Source: Ruditapes philippinarum
Lineage: Eukaryota
NCBI RefSeq assembly: GCF_026571515.1
Contig: NW_026857083.1
Location: 248,001-312,000 of the forward strand
Length of the DNA: 64,000 nucleotides
Reading direction: 5' to 3'
Within the stretch, counting starts at the first letter, position 1; each line of letters opens with the position of its first letter. Below are positions 13,101 through 28,100 of this stretch, piece by piece. The translations under genes and the position numbers were made by a program. The notes beneath the pieces are model-generated. The model made no database searches and was not told where the DNA came from. It was given only the letters and a program-made list of their open reading frames with translations.

Positions 13101-16100
13101 GCTGGCCTGGCTGACTATACTGGTGTCAAAGGCTGATTACTTCCGGTTCCAGCAGGGAAAGGGTTAAAAAAAGTGTCCAGGATTGAAAGAAACATATTTA
13201 GTGAGTGTTGTTAACAAATGTGATTTAAATATTAAAAAAAATATTTATATGCCACCACATTTTTTTCATGTTAGTAACATGATTTTACATTTCAGAAGAT
13301 ACTATAACAAAACTAGGCATACTTATTAATGACTATCGCATCCATTTTTGTACAAGAGCACATAACTCTTGTCATAGATTGGCAAGATAATAAATTATGA
13401 CCCCTGTTTAACGCATTCTTTCAAACATTAAATGTATATCATTGACTTTAAAACCCATGTGCAGGGATTTTAATTAGTCATTCTACAATGATGCACTCAA
13501 ACTTGATATCTTTTTCTAATTAAAGATACAATTATTCAGTTTAATAATTTGTAACTAACTTTCATGATATATTTTTCAGACAAAGCCCCTCCATGTATTG
13601 GCTCTGGGATCTGATAGTGAGATTATATCAAGACTTCTCCAGTTTGGAACCAGATTTAAACACTCCTCTACAAGCCTTACAGCTGGTCAGTCACTAACAG
13701 GTCATGTGACAGTAGATAGATATAACAGTTCTTCATATTTTGTTGAAGGTCAGTATTTTTTTTTATTCTGTTGCACATACAGTTGCCAGTTTGCCCTAAT
13801 CATTCTACCCTCACTCCATTCCTAGATGTGCATATATAGTTTTCTAGCAGGGACCATGTTTCTAGAAAACTTGGGTGTAATTGTTGCTTTCTCTCTTTCC
13901 TTTTTGCCCAGTTTGCTTAGAAAAGTGAAAAGAAAGTCCCTATCATTTGGAATCCAGGTACAAATGTAGCTGCAGAATTATATTCTAATGGTTCTTCACA
14001 GGTTCCAATTCTAGTCAGAATGTATGTTTTTCCTCAACCTGAGACAATAGCTATAGCATTATTTTGTTCTCTGTTTGCAGGAGGGTTATTACACCTGTCT
14101 CAAAGAGGTGTGTGTAATGTTGGTGACATTGACAGATTGAAAAAATCTACAAAACACAGTCTACAATCTGGTCAGTTTTGATATTCTTGGCTTTATTATA
14201 ACCGATATTTTTTTGGTTTATTTATATTTCTAAATATTCGCACCTATAATGATTTGTCTATGCCACAAATGTTGAGCCAATCTAGCTTGCATATCTGTTC
14301 CTTATTCTGAAAATAAAAACAAACAGCGTGTACTGGAGGTATTCCCAAAAGACAAACACTAGTCTTAAAAACATGCTACGGTTTTCTGACATTTTACAAA
14401 TAGGAAAATAAAAAAGAAAATCTTAAATAAAGACAGTTTCCTATTTCAAATCATAGAGCTGATTTCTTTAAACAAATTATACTTTTATATTGCTGTATTA
14501 AAATGAGGTAAAATGATAATTAAACTTTGGTTTGTTTTTCCAGCATTAAGTGGAGGCAAGATAGTAACTGATGTTGCCCCAAAGTACACTGGAAGTCTTC
14601 CACATCATATAGAACAGAGGTTGAAGAGTAGAATCTGGGGATATAGTAACCCTACATTGTCTAGAAAACAATCTTCTAAAGATAGTGATGTATTTGTTGG
14701 AGCCTGTACTGGAGATATTCCCAAAACTCTTCTAGAGTAAGTGAGTTGTTATAATACATTAATACAGAACTGCATGTTTGGAGCCATTACTTTCATTGGA
14801 CAAATATGATGTTTATACCCTTTATACTCGTAATACACATCAACTGCAAGTTCATGAAGTAATTTTCATTTTATTCAAACAAAACGTCTATGCCAGTTAT
14901 GAAGTTAATTTTAGCCATATAATTTATTGTTACATTTTATGCAAGAATTGTACTTTTCTTACCTGACTTTTGCTCAGTTTGATTACATTGGTTGCTCAAT
15001 ATTTTTTGCTAATCTCAGGCTAGTGGAATGTCCACTTCAGCAAAAAAACAGATCATTAATCTAGATAGATAGCTTTATTATGAGTTTGACACCAAAAAAA
15101 ATAATTGTTTTTCCATTTCAACAGTGCTTTCAGCTTAATATGTTTCATTGATCATGGAGATATAACTAGTAATGAGATGGTAGAAGATCAGATGGTGGAA
15201 ACAACTCTAGTGGCAGCATTAAATTATGATATAAGGGACACAGATACTACAACACAACTGCCAGTGTCTACAGAAGATTTTCAACAGGTTCGAAAACATT
15301 ATGCTGGAGAATAAATTAAATTTATTACTAATCTTGAAACTGTTATAAACAAGAATACTGTGATAATGAATTTATTTCATATGAAATTCTTTGTGTTAAA
15401 AGTTACAAAAATTCTTCTGTATTTAATCTTTAAAACACAAAATATCTTAAAAGAATTTGTCCATCTTTCAATCTGAACATTTTTTTTTCATTTTTAGGGA
15501 ATGTACATGTATTTTGAATATATTATACTTGATAACAGAATCATTTAGGCCTATAAGAAAGAAACACAGGTATCTGCTGCTCATTCCTATGGTGGCAACT
15601 TTATATGACAACAGATAAACTCTTAATTATCAAGGCATTTATCTGAAAGTAATAGGAAGGAAAAATGTGCACCCTGACTGGGACTCGGACCAAAGGATCC
15701 TCTGAATTCAATGTCTGTGAAATATGCCACCATTCTATTTCCATTCAAACTAAATTTAAAAAAAACAAACATTTTGCTATTTCAAATCTAGGGAATATGT
15801 ATTGCCAACATCTTCCTATTTGACACATACATATAACAATTATTGTAAATATTATATTTTTGTTCCAGTTTGTTAGATTTGCGAGTCAGTTAAGACCAAA
15901 GTTTAGGAAAGAAGCAGAGACATTGATTCACAATTATTATATGACATGTAGGAAGACTAGATCTACTTCAGATTGTACAGATGTCCCAGTCAATGCTGAC
16001 CAGACTCTGTAAGTTAAATAGAATCTTCCAAACTTATGTATTTTTATAGGGAAGTAACTTTAATTCCCAAGCTCCAACACTATGATAGCTTCAAAAAGTA

Positions 16101-19100
16101 GTATTTGACCACATAAGTTGTAAATAACACCCCGTTTAAAGCAGTTTGTTATCTGTATGTAAATTTATAGGTGTGTCACATTTATCCATTTAATTGGGAT
16201 TGCTCAATTTTTAGCCAAAAACAGGTTAGAAAATTCAATAACTGGTAAGCCTGGGGTTAGTATTAGATCACTAGCTAAAGAAGTTTAAGATTACCTTTGT
16301 TTTACCATAACAATTTTGTTTTAGTTTAGTCATACAGACCATTGTTTTTTTTTCTCAATTGCATGCTTTCTTATTATGTATGTTACATAATGTCCGTAGT
16401 AGAAAATAATTGGTTACTGTTATTAATATTATATTGAAGAATTGAATAATAATGAAATATTATTATAAATACTTTCACTATATGTCTATGGTATGCATTT
16501 TATTTCAATTTATTGTGGTCTCAGTATTACAATTATAGTCATCTCTGACACAACATTTATTATATCTCCACCTGAAACAATTTGTTGACAGGAATATGGG
16601 CCCTATATAGAAATAAATTGTGGAGACCCAACTGTTTTGTCCCTTGTCCAACTTGTTCTTATGGTTACTCTTCAGCTTACTTTTAAATGTCTTTTAAACC
16701 AGTACCATATTCTTAATTTAAAAATTTAAATTCAGTTGACCCTCTGTAACTCGAATTTCAAGGGACTGGGTATTTTACTTCGAGAGAAATGGAATTCGAG
16801 TAACATTGATCTGCTTCTATTACTTTTACATTCAAACATGTATAAACATGTGCCTGATTGAATATCAAAATGAGCAGCTTTCTCTCAGGATCAACTTTTG
16901 ATATTCTTTGATCATTTGTGATATTACACTGACCATGCACATTCATTACTGAATTTTAGATCTGAAATGTCCCCATAGGTCTAAAGAATTTTTCTGCCAT
17001 TGTCACTAATGCAGGGGAACATAGGTCTAAAGAATTTTTCTGCCATGGTCACTAATCCAGGGGAACATGCATTCATGCCATACTGTACTGTATACACTGT
17101 ATTATACCATACCACAGTCATATCATACCATACCATACCATATTACATAAGCATCATACCATACCATATACCATATTGTACCACATACACCACACTATAC
17201 TGTACAGCATACACTGTACCATACATATGTGAATCCAGAATCCACACATAATTTAAAAAAAAACTGTTTACATCCCTAAAAACATCGTAGGATGTAAAAA
17301 AGAAGTCCTTCAAAGTTCATGAAGCAACTTCTTTTTTCCATCACTTGATTTACTAGTTTTTCATCATTTTTTAAAATCAATTATGTAAGTTTTTTTACAA
17401 AAAAAGTATGTAACGTTTTATCTCTGCTGTTTGCAGTTTACAAAATTTTTGTTTGAAGTTGAAAGAAAAAGTTATTTCAAAATACCTGTATGAAAAAATC
17501 ATGTTGGTGTATTTCCTTAAGAAGAATTGGCACATGCCAAAAATCATTAATCAATAGTTAATAACCTACTTAAAAAAGCTGTATCATAAGATTACGGAAA
17601 GTATATAATTTTACTGTTTTTATATTTTATAAAAAAAAATTCATAAGATATATCTTTATATCAAAAATGTGAGTTTAGATATGAAAAAAGTAAAATGACA
17701 AGCTCATACAAGCCATTCCCTCTTTTTTTCTTTAAGGTTTAACATTGCACTAACACTAAGAAGGATATATGGCAGCTTTACTGCTAGTGCCTCTTCGTGC
17801 ATTATTTCAGACACAACTGTGTAGAACCACTCTGCTATAGACTCTTGTCCCATTCCCTCCACCCTCCCCTCATTTGATCCCGTCATGAATATCTGAATAA
17901 CTAGCATATGTTAATAACTTATTAAAAAGTAGGTAAATAAGTCACTATCATTGGAAAAAGTCAATGAAGTAATTTGGTTGTGCCATTCTTTTAACTTTTA
18001 TTTTTTCGGCCATTTATGAAACTAATATTCAAATTCTACAAGTTTGATATTTATCTGATGTTTGGTCAAAGAATAATCAGTCTTGCTTTCTGCTTCTGAA
18101 CACACTTATACATGTTTTCTATTTTTTTTATCCTACAGTTCTGTTCATTATCAAAATCCTGAAAAAGATCCTCCTCATCATTTTCTAGTTCAGAATATGA
18201 TTTCACATATCCTAGAGTTCCAGTTTTAGACGTTGTGATTGCTTGAGATGAGCTTCTTGGCGTTCTTACTTTAGATTTCTTTCGGGAAACTGGTTCTTTG
18301 AAAATAATTCTGTGTTTTCTTAATGGTATATTTGTTGGGTTAGATTCATAATTTGTGTCCTGGTCTGTAACTGATGAGGGTGTTGTACTGGAGAGTTCAA
18401 TATTATGTTCATCCAAGGACTCGTCACTGGTCAGCATTACATTTGAATCACTTTGTAGATTTTCTATGTATTGTCTAGTGTATTCATGCTTGGACATATC
18501 AGCTGGAGGTAATTTGATTGTATTGTTCACATTGTGTTCTGGTTCTAAGTCCAGACTAACAGAAATGTCACTGTCGTCCATGCTATTGTAAGGGACAAAA
18601 AAAGAACGCCTTCTACAGAGCGAACAAGACTGCCAAGGTCTTCTTCTTTAAGGTAATCCTTTAGTTGTGTTACAGTGTACAAGGCCGTCTTATAGTGAAC
18701 TCTGATAGGAACTCCAAGTTTTTTTAAGCATAGGCAAACCTTGGCCAATCATGGCCTTATTCTTTCTCAAGTTGTTGAGCACTAAAGCTAGTTAATGCTA
18801 TGGTATTTACTCTTTCTTTCTCTAAGACAAGTAAATCACTGCCACTCATCTCACTTTTTCTACATTTAGGGGCATGACTATGAAACTTCCCTATAACAGC
18901 ACCACAAGATACACACATGTGTTTCCTGAAAAGAAAATATTAATACCTGTATATCAAAACAAAATTTTAGATATCAAGAGAAGCTGTGTTACCATACAGT
19001 GTTTACTCTTGCATTTTTGGTAAATATATACAGTGTTATATGCATTGTAACTTCACATAGTTGATCCTAACTTAAAAATAAAAGATAAATGCCTTTAGTA

Positions 19101-22100
19101 TGGAAGATTTTACATGGTTTATGAATAAATGAATAATATTTTCTAGGGAGGTTTTAAAAATTGACAGTGGAGAGAAATCTTATAGAACCAGGCTTCCAGA
19201 TAAACCTAGATAAAATATCAAAGCTTAAAATTAAAGACGTTTGCTACATTATTCAGGCATAGTGAACTCTTTAGATTTATCATTTATTTTAACTATGTAT
19301 GATCTAAGATTGATGACAGAAAATAATTAAAGTGAATATTATTTTTTCCCTGCAGGGATATAGATATTATCATTGTTCTTCCTGTTGTCTTACAATATTT
19401 GAGCATAAAGTTTTAGAGATTTCATTTCATATTAAACTAGGCTGATCAGTCTCATAATACATTAAAGAGGAGTGTCAAACAATACATTAAACAATAACTC
19501 TACCCAATATAAATTTGAAGTTATTGCCATTCATTTTTTCATGCTTAATTTGTCTATAACTTTCATATAAACTGGGATAACAAGTTCATATTGTGCTATA
19601 CAAAAATGATAAATCTTCAAGTTATTTCCCCTTATTATTTTTCATGCTAAATTTTTTCTGCACCATAGCTCATATAAGAAGTACATGTATTTCAGATATC
19701 ACATTGAAACCTCTTAGATGGAAGGATCTGTGTTTGAAGGGTTCAATTTTACAAAAACAATAACCATTCATTTCAAAATTATGGAAGACGCTATCCAGCT
19801 AGCTTACTGAACGTTGGTGATCCTACTCCTGAAATAATGTATAGAGAGGCACTTGAGGTCTTCATCAATGGTACTTGAAAGTTGCCATATGACCTACATG
19901 TATACTGTGCTGATGTGACGTAAATCCCAAATCCAAAAAAGGAGTAATTGCCCTTTTGGAATTTGAATAAATAATTTAAAGATCATAACTTGAACAGTAA
20001 ATGTATATTTATTTAAGAATCATAACAAAAACAATAATTGAAATATCAAAATGAAATTATATGTACATTATATTCAACTTTTGTAAAAAATAGGTTTCTC
20101 AGGAATTAGTTTTATCACTAAATTTTCATATTTGACCGCCGTCTTACTCATTCTTAAAGCTGCAGTTGAGTCAAAATATTTCAAGAAAATTAATATTGAG
20201 AAAAAGCTCTAAACATTTAAGAAAGGTAAAAACATTCAAGTTATATTGTACAGTTACCGTACTTGCAGCGGTTTAACACTGATTTTTAAGTATTTTATTG
20301 CGTTACTAACGCAATAAGGGCTGTTTTTGCATATGTTGACCACTTTTTAGTATTTACATGTCGATTGTAAGTGCAGATTGCAATATGTAAATACTTCATT
20401 AAAATTTATTCACCTCATTATTTTACTATTAATTACATTTCAAACATTTTTATGAAAATTAACATGAATCTGGAGGCATACTGCTTTAAAGTTTTCCTAA
20501 ACATTATCACAAATCTGATGTTGAGTGAAAAATATTTCCAGCCCTGTCATTTCAAAAAACCGGTGGAGTCCCTTTAAACAGTAAGTCACATTGTTTCCCT
20601 GCATTTCCCGCAATTCAATTAAAAAAAAAAAACAACCTTTAAGAACTTACTTGTTGTGGTTCCTTTTCGGAGCAGCCGTAAATTCAAAAGACATTATCTC
20701 TTGAACACTTTACAAAAGTTACAACTGAATTTGAATTTAAAATTAATTCTATATTAAAAGAACAGTTAATTATCCTAGAAAGGAATGAATTTATGTGTGT
20801 GTGTTTGTGTTTGTTTACCCTCGCCAACGGGAAAGAGACCATTATGGGCGAACCAGGCATATACTTTTCATTTATAACATTAAAAAAAAAAAAAAAAGGG
20901 ATCTGTTGTTTATTATACTTGCTTATTATATCCGTACATGTGTTTTATGTGGCATACCCCATATCCCCCATGACAGGGGTTGTCTCTTACGTACAACCTT
21001 TTGCCATGGGAGGAAAGATGGGGCAATCCCATACTAAGTTGAGAAATCTAAAATTTTATTAATTAAAGCACTTAATTTAAATCGGCCAAGATTTATATAG
21101 AGTACCGTCTTTTATAACAGGAACAAATATTTATTTAATATAACTAAAAAGTTTTTAGAAATTTACCTATAATTGAGTTTGCATACTAATTGTGCGAGAA
21201 GGCATGTTCAGGAAACGTATTCTGACCAATTCAACTTGTGGGCTGACTGTATTTTATGTTGGTTTATTTACATGTTATAAACCGTTATACATTGGGAGCA
21301 TATAATTAATTACATTTTGTAATTACCAAGTTTGTTTTAAATTTTGTAAAATTTTGTAAGTTCTACCGAACACCCGCTTTTATAAAGTTAATTTGATTGC
21401 GTTTAGAGAGGATTGCCCTCCTTGTTCTCCATTGGTCTAAAAAAATTTCTTCTATCCTGAATAAGGAGGTCCAATCCGATTTTCTTGAAAATTCTGCAAG
21501 TTTTTGGTGTTGACCTATTCGACAAGTTTGTCGCGCGGACTGGAATAGAAATTTGGCGGGTGGCCCGTTTTTGCATTCCAATGTATACGATCTTTTTAAG
21601 TCCCAAATATTGCTATTTAAAATAACTTGGGTCCCATAATTGTTGAAGATAGTCTTTGGTGTAACATATTAAGAAAAATTCTCATGCTTGAGTGAACCCG
21701 TGATAAACGTATTGCTCCATATGGGGGAACGGGTTCACGTTTAACTAGTATTAAGGATACTAGATTAATATATACAGGAATAAAAAAGATAGATAATAAA
21801 ATAACACGGGGCGGGGGGGCAAAGGGAATATACAATATGGAGTCTTTTTTGACATTATGGGTAATCTGTAGCCAGCACCTCCCAATTTGATAATAACCAT
21901 GAGGACTGTATGGTAAAAATACTAGTCTAGTAGCACAGCCTATTTAAAAAAATATTCAATTTAAATTACATGCCCAATAAAATTACAAATTAAATAAATA
22001 GATAAACTTCTCAATAGCACCGTTTCACGGCCACTTTTTAGGACCACTTTTAAAATAAACACTTAAAATAGTTATGTAACACTTTTATACAATGGCTGTG

Positions 22101-25100
22101 CACTGACTCAAAAAATTTAAAACGTAAAATATATGGTCGAAACTTACATACAGTATCCTATACTGTAAGTATATAACTTTAGGGCAACTACCTTCTCGCG
22201 TAAATGTTAATATTGTTCGCGATCTTAATCCTAATACATATCAAAAAGTTTTTGTCTAGTTAACTACCTTGTATTTATCTTATAAAGTTTCATTTTACGG
22301 CATTGATTATATTTTAATACATTCACCTTTTTGCTGGAGAAAATGTGAGCTTCTGTCTCTGCGGACCACGCACTAATAAATCACTCAAACCATTATCAGA
22401 ATCCGATAGATGGACCAACCACCACATATAATGATTGTTAAATCGAGACGAAAAATATTTAAATTTACGAAAATAGAAAGAGAATGAACCTTTTACTGTA
22501 CACGATAGTTCGTTAACCAATCATATTGTTGTATTTCTGTTATTTAGAGAATACTTCATTTTTCAATTGGTTGTTTAGAAAATACCATAGAAGAAAATTA
22601 TGAAAAATTTTTTCTTCGAAAATACCTTATTTTATGAGCCCATAATTTTATTTATGGGGACATATTTATAAAAGAGACCATTGTTCTACAATGTTCTAGT
22701 ATTATTATTTAATGAAAAAAGTTTTAGTTTTGGGTCAATCTTATTCCATGTTATAAGATCTGATACCCCATTTTTCTTCTTTTCGTGTTGGATAGAAAAT
22801 GAGTTGAATTAACCTATTGGATACGTAAAATTTTGTACATTCGATAATTTTTATTCTGATATTGAAATAGCGGGAAAAATGTTTTCTACAATGTTGGCGT
22901 TATATATATTAAGCGATAAAATATTCAAAGAACATTATTATCTTATCTATTATTCAGATCTGATATGGTCATTTTTTCTTTCGGTGTCGAAAAGATAAAA
23001 ATCTAAATTTGAAAATGTGGTACAAAAAATGCTGTATATGTTTTTAAAATATACATTTAAAGGCAAAATAGTCCATAGTTTTAGATCTTGTATCACTATA
23101 AACTGAAATAACGTCCCTGTTTTAATTAAATATTAACCATTTAGTCGAAAAATCTACTTTATCGTTATTTCATGGCGCAAAACATGAAAATTTGATACGT
23201 GCTCTCTCATTGGTTTGAAGCACTTGTTTCTATGCGGCCATTGGTCCATTTAATTACTATCCAATTCTGACTTCAAGCTCAAGATTTGACCTATGACCCC
23301 CTCAGGAATGTGGCATAAACAAAGTCTTGTTTACAATTTGTGCTGTACACTATGTTTAGAGCATTTAGACCCTTTTATATTAAAATTTGATTTTTTAAGA
23401 TATTAAAAAGTAAAAAACATTTAAAATAATAGCCACTAATCCTTATTGTATATTGGTAACACAAATTATATTTTTCATTTTACCTTATTTAATTTGTTTG
23501 ATTACATCGGGTTGAGAGTTTTTAAAGGTATACTTTTAGATTTGAATCAAATAATTAATTGCTGTTGGAATTTGCCATGAATACAGCTGGTAACGGGTAT
23601 TTTCCCGATGTAAAGGCCAGTCCCACACCTCAGGTCAATCCGTACCCCAAATGTTATTTATTAAAATTTTGTTATAAAAGAAGAAAAGAGGAAACTAATG
23701 TTGATTGTTGAATAGATATATTTAAAAATTTATTGACAAGGGAACCATGGAGTCAACCAGAGTTCCCCCCTGTAACGTAGGATACTAGTATTCCCCCCCT
23801 CCCTTTTTGAGACAGGGCGCCACCGGGGTGCCCGAGACAGTCGTCTGCCGTCCTCCCCCTGATGGAATGGGCTGAAGGACATCATAGGCTGTCTCTGAAC
23901 CCATGTCTTTACCATAAACAGTCAGTTCTATTATTAATTAAGATATGAGGTAAAGGTTAAAAGTCTGTTTGTTGTTTAATTTTCCCCCCCCCCCCCCCCC
24001 CCCCCCGTCCTCTGGGGGAGAGTAGATAACTCCTGTTATTTAGTTAATTTTTATAAAATTGGCCGAAGATTTTTTTAAATAACGTATATTAACTTATATT
24101 TTTAAATTGTTTGATGGTTTTATTCCGAAACACACTTAATAGTTAATATATTAATAAATTTTGGAACATTTTAATGTGTTTAGGTTAAATTTGTCTATTG
24201 AAAATGAATGAATTTACGACAAATTGTAGATATTTATGGTGGAACCTGATAGGCTTTTGAAATCTTACTTTAAATTTTGATTGGTTCAGTTCAATAAAGA
24301 GCCTGGCATTGGTTAATTTTCTTCTTTCCATTTTTTTAGAAAACAAATTTGATTGGTTTAGATGATAATAAAATGTAAAAAATTATGCAATGACTAATTT
24401 CATTGGTTCAAATGATAATTTAATGTAAATTTATGCAAATTTGGAGCACCCTATGCATCTACCTAGACAGAAAGTGTCATGCAATAGTATATTCACACCT
24501 TTCTGAATATGGAGGAATAATTTACCAAATCTGTTAATTGTTAAAACAACAAGTGTCAAATATGATGTACCTTGTGAAAATAACACATACAGTGTGTCAA
24601 AAGTTCAAGTTTTTGTTCTAAATAAATGATACAGATAGATAAATACTTTATTTATTAAATTATTTGAGTAATAACACATAATGACAGTAAAATGATCTTC
24701 ATAATTAAAATAAAGTTGAAATTATAAGTTCTAAGTAAAGCAATAATTTTTGTAAGAAACAAGGAATTATAACAGCAATTGGTTAAAACGAGTGTAGGAC
24801 AAAAGCCCTCCCGGACAAAGGCAAGTCAGGAATGTACTCAAGCTCATGGAAAACAATGGAAAACAAAAATATTCATGACTACAATTTTAATATGTTGCGT
24901 GCATTGAATTGAAAATACAAACTATTCAATGTACATATGATGATATATGTATTTGCTGCGGGAGGGCTTTTGTCCGCCCTTTTATTTTCACGGGAGGGCT
25001 TCTGTCCGCCCAGTCATTTTTACGGGAGGGCTTTTGTCCACCCTGTCAATTTCACGGGAGGGCTTTTGTCCGCCTTGTCATTTTCACGGGAGGGCTTTTG

Positions 25101-28100
25101 TCCGCCTTGTTATTTTTGGACGGGAGGGCTTTTGTCCGGGAGGGCTTTTGTCCGTTTCCCGGTTAAAACATTTAATTTAATATCTCAGAATATATATGGA
25201 TTGCACGGAGATAGGCTCCAGCCTCCTGGGATATCCTATATTTGGCCCCTTGATTTGAAAATTTGAACTTAAGAGATAATAAACTGAGGTGCACTGTACA
25301 TTTAAAAACAAGATGGTCTTTGTAAAATATATTTTTAAAAAAATGTGCATCCAGATAAAATAGAAGTAGATGTACACATTGCAGCTCCATTATTGAAAGT
25401 CATGTATTAAGTGGTACTAATATTCCTGGTAAGAATTATCATGTAAATAATAATACTGATTTTTCTATGAAAAATGTTATATATCTTGTCACAGGTGATA
25501 AATGTAAAGTTGGTCAAACAAAGCAACAAGTGTCTAAATGCTGATGAATAGGCATAGGTTTGATACCAACAATTTTCACTTTAATAAAACCAATCATTGT
25601 ATTAAGGATTTTAAATCTATGCCTGAGATTGTTTCCGACGATATGGAACGCTTATTACAAGAATCATACTGGATTCATAAGCTTAACACATTATCTCCTA
25701 ATCATGTATGAATGCAAAAGTTTTGTGCAATGTATAACTTGATTGTAGGACAAAAGCCCCCCCCCCCCCATTTAAAAATGAAAAGGTGGACAAAAGGCCC
25801 CAATAAAATTTACACATAGGACAAAAGCCCCCATCAAAAATACAGATAGGACAAAAGCCCCCCCCCATACCATGAAACAAAAGCCCCCTAAGGTTTATAG
25901 ACCAGACTGATTACTATCTTTTTTTCACACGCCCAGTGTTTGGAACAAGTATGCGCCTTAAACTTTTATTTCCTTGATAAGCGTTGTTAAGCGATTTTTT
26001 GAAAATATTCATTTACATTTGTACTGTACAATATAATTATAATAAACATAAAAACATTCATATCATCGATAAGTTATATACGAATTACACAATAAATCAA
26101 ATTAGAACTTTTGTACCTTTAAATTTAAATCTTAATGTAAATTATCTTTTAAAACAATTGCATTTATTTGTGAAATTAAACATACTGATTTTGACTTGTC
26201 CCAATAATCAAGTTCCAGATTTAAACTGACAAGATTCTTAATAACAATTGTTTGATGGACTTAAGGGGCTTTTGACCTACCTGTATATTTGGGGGGGGGG
26301 GGCTTTTGTCGTACATGTTAATTTCATGGGGGGGGGGCTTTTGTCCACCTTGTCATTTTTAGATAGGGGGGGGGGGGGGCTTTTGTCCGTATCCCTATAC
26401 GTATAACTTTATTATCTTATCAAGCATATTATTGGGCCGGTATACATATACATGTTGTATGTTTTTTCGGAAGATGGACAAAACCCTACACATCAAAACC
26501 TCACAACTCAAAATTTTATAGAGTGGACAAAACCCCACAGCTAAAGTTTATACAAATTTTTTTTTTAAAACATTGGGCAAATATTTTCAAAATTTAGGAA
26601 GGCAAATGTTTCCTCTCTCAAAACATATGAAAAGGTATTTAAAATTCACTTTGATGATAAAAGGCAGAAAATGACAAGGGGGCATAAGCATGTTTTATAT
26701 GAGCTTCAGCACATTCCTGACAGGCATCTGTAAAATGAGAGCTAAAATTTAAAATGGAAAACAAAAATATTCATGTTTACAATTTTAATATGTTGAGTGC
26801 ATTGAAAAGAAAAAACAAAGTATTCAACGTACATATATGTATTTGCTGCCAAAGAGCTTTTGTCCGCCTTATTATTTTCATGGGAGGGGTTTTGTCCGCC
26901 TTGTCATTTTTGGAGGGGAGGGCTTTTGTCTTACACTCCATAATTAGCTACCAGGACACTTGACCCATGACCCCTGTCCCCCCTTTCCTCCCCACCCTAG
27001 TTTGGGGCAAATGTCTTTATACCAATTCTGAGTTATTCTCCAAATTTCAGGTTGTCTCTAGCATACAGCCATGCAAAACTTGCTCTCAGGAATGAAGTCA
27101 CCCTCAACGATGCTTTGATGGCAGTTAAGTTGTATGAAGAATACCTTACTAATAGGTTTGGTAGGTGGCAATGTTATTATTTTTCAGTTAAGGATAACAA
27201 TTTCAGTAAAAAAACTTAATTCAAGAAAGATAATGAAAACTTTTTGAAAAGACTTTTAAGTTTCTTTTTGTTTAATTGACATGAATTAAAGTTGACTGTG
27301 ATTAAAAAAATGTGTTTGAGCACCACACTAAATACTGTAATTCTTTATATACCAGACACGATGCTTAAATGATATAATGCTAAAATCTTGCCTGCAAGCA
27401 TCTAGAGGTACTGCTCCAACACTGTAGTAAGTTAAATCCATTTAAGTTTTATATTGTATAAATATAGTTTAATAGTGATGAAATAAATATTTCAGGATAT
27501 TCAACTCTCAATGTTCAGCCAATACCTCACATCACAGCAAGTCTACTTAACTATTGTATAGGCCCTGCTGTGAGTATATCTACTTTTTCCATGTCACAAA
27601 TTTGTTTGCCAACAGTAAAAAATATGATTGTGTAATTACTTATTTTATGTCACAAATTGATTAGCATCAGCCATAATTACTTTTTCTTTGTCACAACTCA
27701 CAAGTTTGTTTGCCAACTGTAAAACTTATGATTATGAAATAACTTATTTTATGTCACAAATTGATAAGCATCAGCCAAAATTACCCTTCTATGTCACAAA
27801 TTTGTTTGCCAACTGTAATTACTTTTTGATTGGCAGCAGCCATAATTGCTTTTTCTATGCCACCATTTGATTTCCATTAGCCATAATTACTTTTTCTGTT
27901 TCACAAATTGATTTTGATGAGCCATAATTACTTTTTCTATGTAAGAAGCCATAAACAGTTAAATTTATCACTTTTCTATGTTTATTGTAACATGATCATT
28001 TCTATGAGACTGAAGATTTTCATTTATTTTTGTTTCAGAATGACAAACAGATGCAAGATTTTCATAGAAATCTACTTAGATATTGCTCCTTGGCCTCAGG

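Noticed and set aside
13580-15287. Degenerate Walker A, Walker B and arginine finger in the MCM domain as a sign of pseudogenisation or novelty
   Set aside because: Loss of ATPase motifs is an established property of MCMDC2, and the reading frame is intact.
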